A stretch of 64,000 bases of DNA from the NCBI GenBank assembly GCA_949292105.1, contig CASEYK010000016.1, positions 9,256 through 73,255 on the forward strand. The letters are read 5' to 3'. The notes under the pieces are model-generated. The model was not told the DNA's origin and did not search any database. It saw only the letters and a list, made by a program, of their open reading frames with translations. This stretch comes from an uncultured bacterium (GTDB lineage Bacteria > Bacillota_I > Bacilli_A > RFN20 > CAG-826). The position numbers and the translations under genes were made by a program. Positions 62,570 to 64,000 of this stretch are shown here, piece after piece (position 1 is the stretch's first letter; every line of letters begins with the position of its first letter).

Positions 62570-64000
62570 ATGGCTAGTTTAAAGTTTGAACATATCTATA
62601 AAGTTTATGATGGAGGAGTAAAAGCGGTCTCTGACTTGAACTTGACAATCGACGATAATGAGTTTGTTGTTTTTGTCGGTCCTTCTGGATGTGGCAAATC
62701 AACAACGCTTCGTATGATTGCCGGCTTGGAAGAAATTACGTCTGGCAATTTATACATAGATGGCAAAGTAGTAAATGATTTGTCACCAAAGGATCGCGAT
62801 ATAACGATGGTCTTTCAAAATTATGCCCTCTATCCTCATATGACGGTTTATGACAATATGGCCTTTGGACTAAAAATGGCTAAAGTGCCAAAAGAAGAAA
62901 TTAAAAAGCGAATTGAAAATGCAGCTGAGATTTTGGGGTTAACACCTTATCTTTCAAGAAAACCAACAGCCCTTTCTGGTGGTCAAAGACAAAGAGTAGC
63001 GCTTGGTAGAAGCATCGTTCGTGAACCTAAGGTATTTTTGCTCGATGAGCCTCTTTCTAATCTTGATGCAAAGTTACGAGTTTCGATGCGCAGCGAAATA
63101 ACGAAATTGCATCGTAGACTTCAAACAACCTTTGTCTATGTCACGCACGATCAAACAGAAGCTATGACGATGGGAACAAAAATAGTGGTGATGAAAAACG
63201 GAATTGTTCAGCAAGTTGATACACCAACCAATCTTTATGACCACCCCGCTAATGTTTTTGTTGCTACCTTTTTAGGCTCCCCACAAATGAATTTATTTGA
63301 TGCTAAACTTGAGCAAGATGGTAACGACTATTATGCTGTTATCACCAAAAATGATTCTAAATTTAAAACCAAAATTCATATCAGCACTATACACCAACTC
63401 ATTTCGTATAGTTATATTGGCAAAGATATTATATTAGGAATTCGACCTGAAGAGATATTTGATGTCGATGAAAATGAAGAAGACGCCGTCCCAGTCATCA
63501 TTGATGTCATTGAGAAGTTAGGAAGCGAAATTGTTTGTTACTGCCAAATCGAAAACACTGATATTTCGTTGGTTGTTAAATTAGATGGGCGAAAGGAAGT
63601 TCGCGAAGGCGATAAGATTTTTGTAAAATTCCATACGAGACATGTTCATCTTTTTGATAAAGACAGCGAAAAAAGAATTTCTGGTATCTCAAACGATAAC
63701 TATATCAAGGCAACATTGAACTATGACAAATCTAATATTCAGTTTGCCGACAAAACTATCGAGATAAGCGAAGAAACTAAAACCAAAATTCTTCCCGAAT
63801 TTAGAAAAGATTGTCATATTTTGATGAAAATACCGACCAATAGTTTTAAGTTGAAATCTGAAACGGATACCGATATTGCTTTTGAAGGCAAGATCGAAAT
63901 TGTCGAGCAGAGTAAAGAACAAACTTTAGTTTATATTTCGATGCCACATAAGAAGTCATACATTGGTGTTAAACTGCATAAACATGATTATCAAGAAGGC
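62570..64000 (+). CDS. msmX: MsmX/MalK-type sugar ABC ATPase with long C-terminal extension (3' end outside window; absent from ORF track)
   Basis: SD AGGAGG; GPSGCGKST, VFQNYALYPH, LSGGQRQR, LLDEPLSNLDAKLR, THDQ, LGIRPE; frame open for 477 codons to the window end. Confidence 0.92.
   Translation, partial: MASLKFEHIYKVYDGGVKAVSDLNLTIDDNEFVVFVGPSGCGKSTTLRMIAGLEEITSGNLYIDGKVVNDLSPKDRDITMVFQNYALYPHMTVYDNMAFGLKMAKVPKEEIKKRIENAAEILGLTPYLSRKPTALSGGQRQRVALGRSIVREPKVFLLDEPLSNLDAKLRVSMRSEITKLHRRLQTTFVYVTHDQTEAMTMGTKIVVMKNGIVQQVDTPTNLYDHPANVFVATFLGSPQMNLFDAKLEQDGNDYYAVITKNDSKFKTKIHISTIHQLISYSYIGKDIILGIRPEEIFDVDENEEDAVPVIIDVIEKLGSEIVCYCQIENTDISLVVKLDGRKEVREGDKIFVKFHTRHVHLFDKDSEKRISGISNDNYIKATLNYDKSNIQFADKTIEISEETKTKILPEFRKDCHILMKIPTNSFKLKSETDTDIAFEGKIEIVEQSKEQTLVYISMPHKKSYIGVKLHKHDYQEG

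Overview
64 kb of AT-rich chromosome from a reduced-genome, anaerobic, low-GC Bacilli-type bacterium. An uncultured Erysipelotrichales/RFN20-like gut lineage is my inference, not a search result. The genetic code is standard and nearly every gene is on the + strand. In order: degV (partial), DUF3810, a 46-aa rubredoxin missed by the ORF track, a heterodimeric ABC exporter, a Zn-PLC-family protein, an M6 metalloprotease lipoprotein, a probable pseudokinase and prs. Next is a queuosine-salvage cluster (preQ1-I riboswitch-queT, flavodiiron protein, tgt-queA-queH). Then the S10-spc-alpha ribosomal superoperon (no rpmD, many charged terminal extensions), preTA, a trimeric HydABC [FeFe]-hydrogenase, cysS-rlmB-sigH-like, ecfAA'T-truA-yebC, an HI0933/RdsA flavoprotein, rplM-rpsI and four tRNAs. 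From 46.6 kb to the window end lies a >17 kb fructan (inulin) utilisation operon, the best candidate for an undescribed system. It encodes an ABC importer, three GH32 enzymes (one LamG + CFTase/endo-inulinase-type lipoprotein with a WMNEP motif) and two large non-catalytic membrane-anchored proteins built from CBM38-like repeats. It looks like the modules of a Paenibacillus-type cycloinulo-oligosaccharide fructanotransferase split into a membrane-surface capture complex. No CRISPR array, transposase, integrase or rRNA was seen. All family calls are by motif recognition; no database searches were run.
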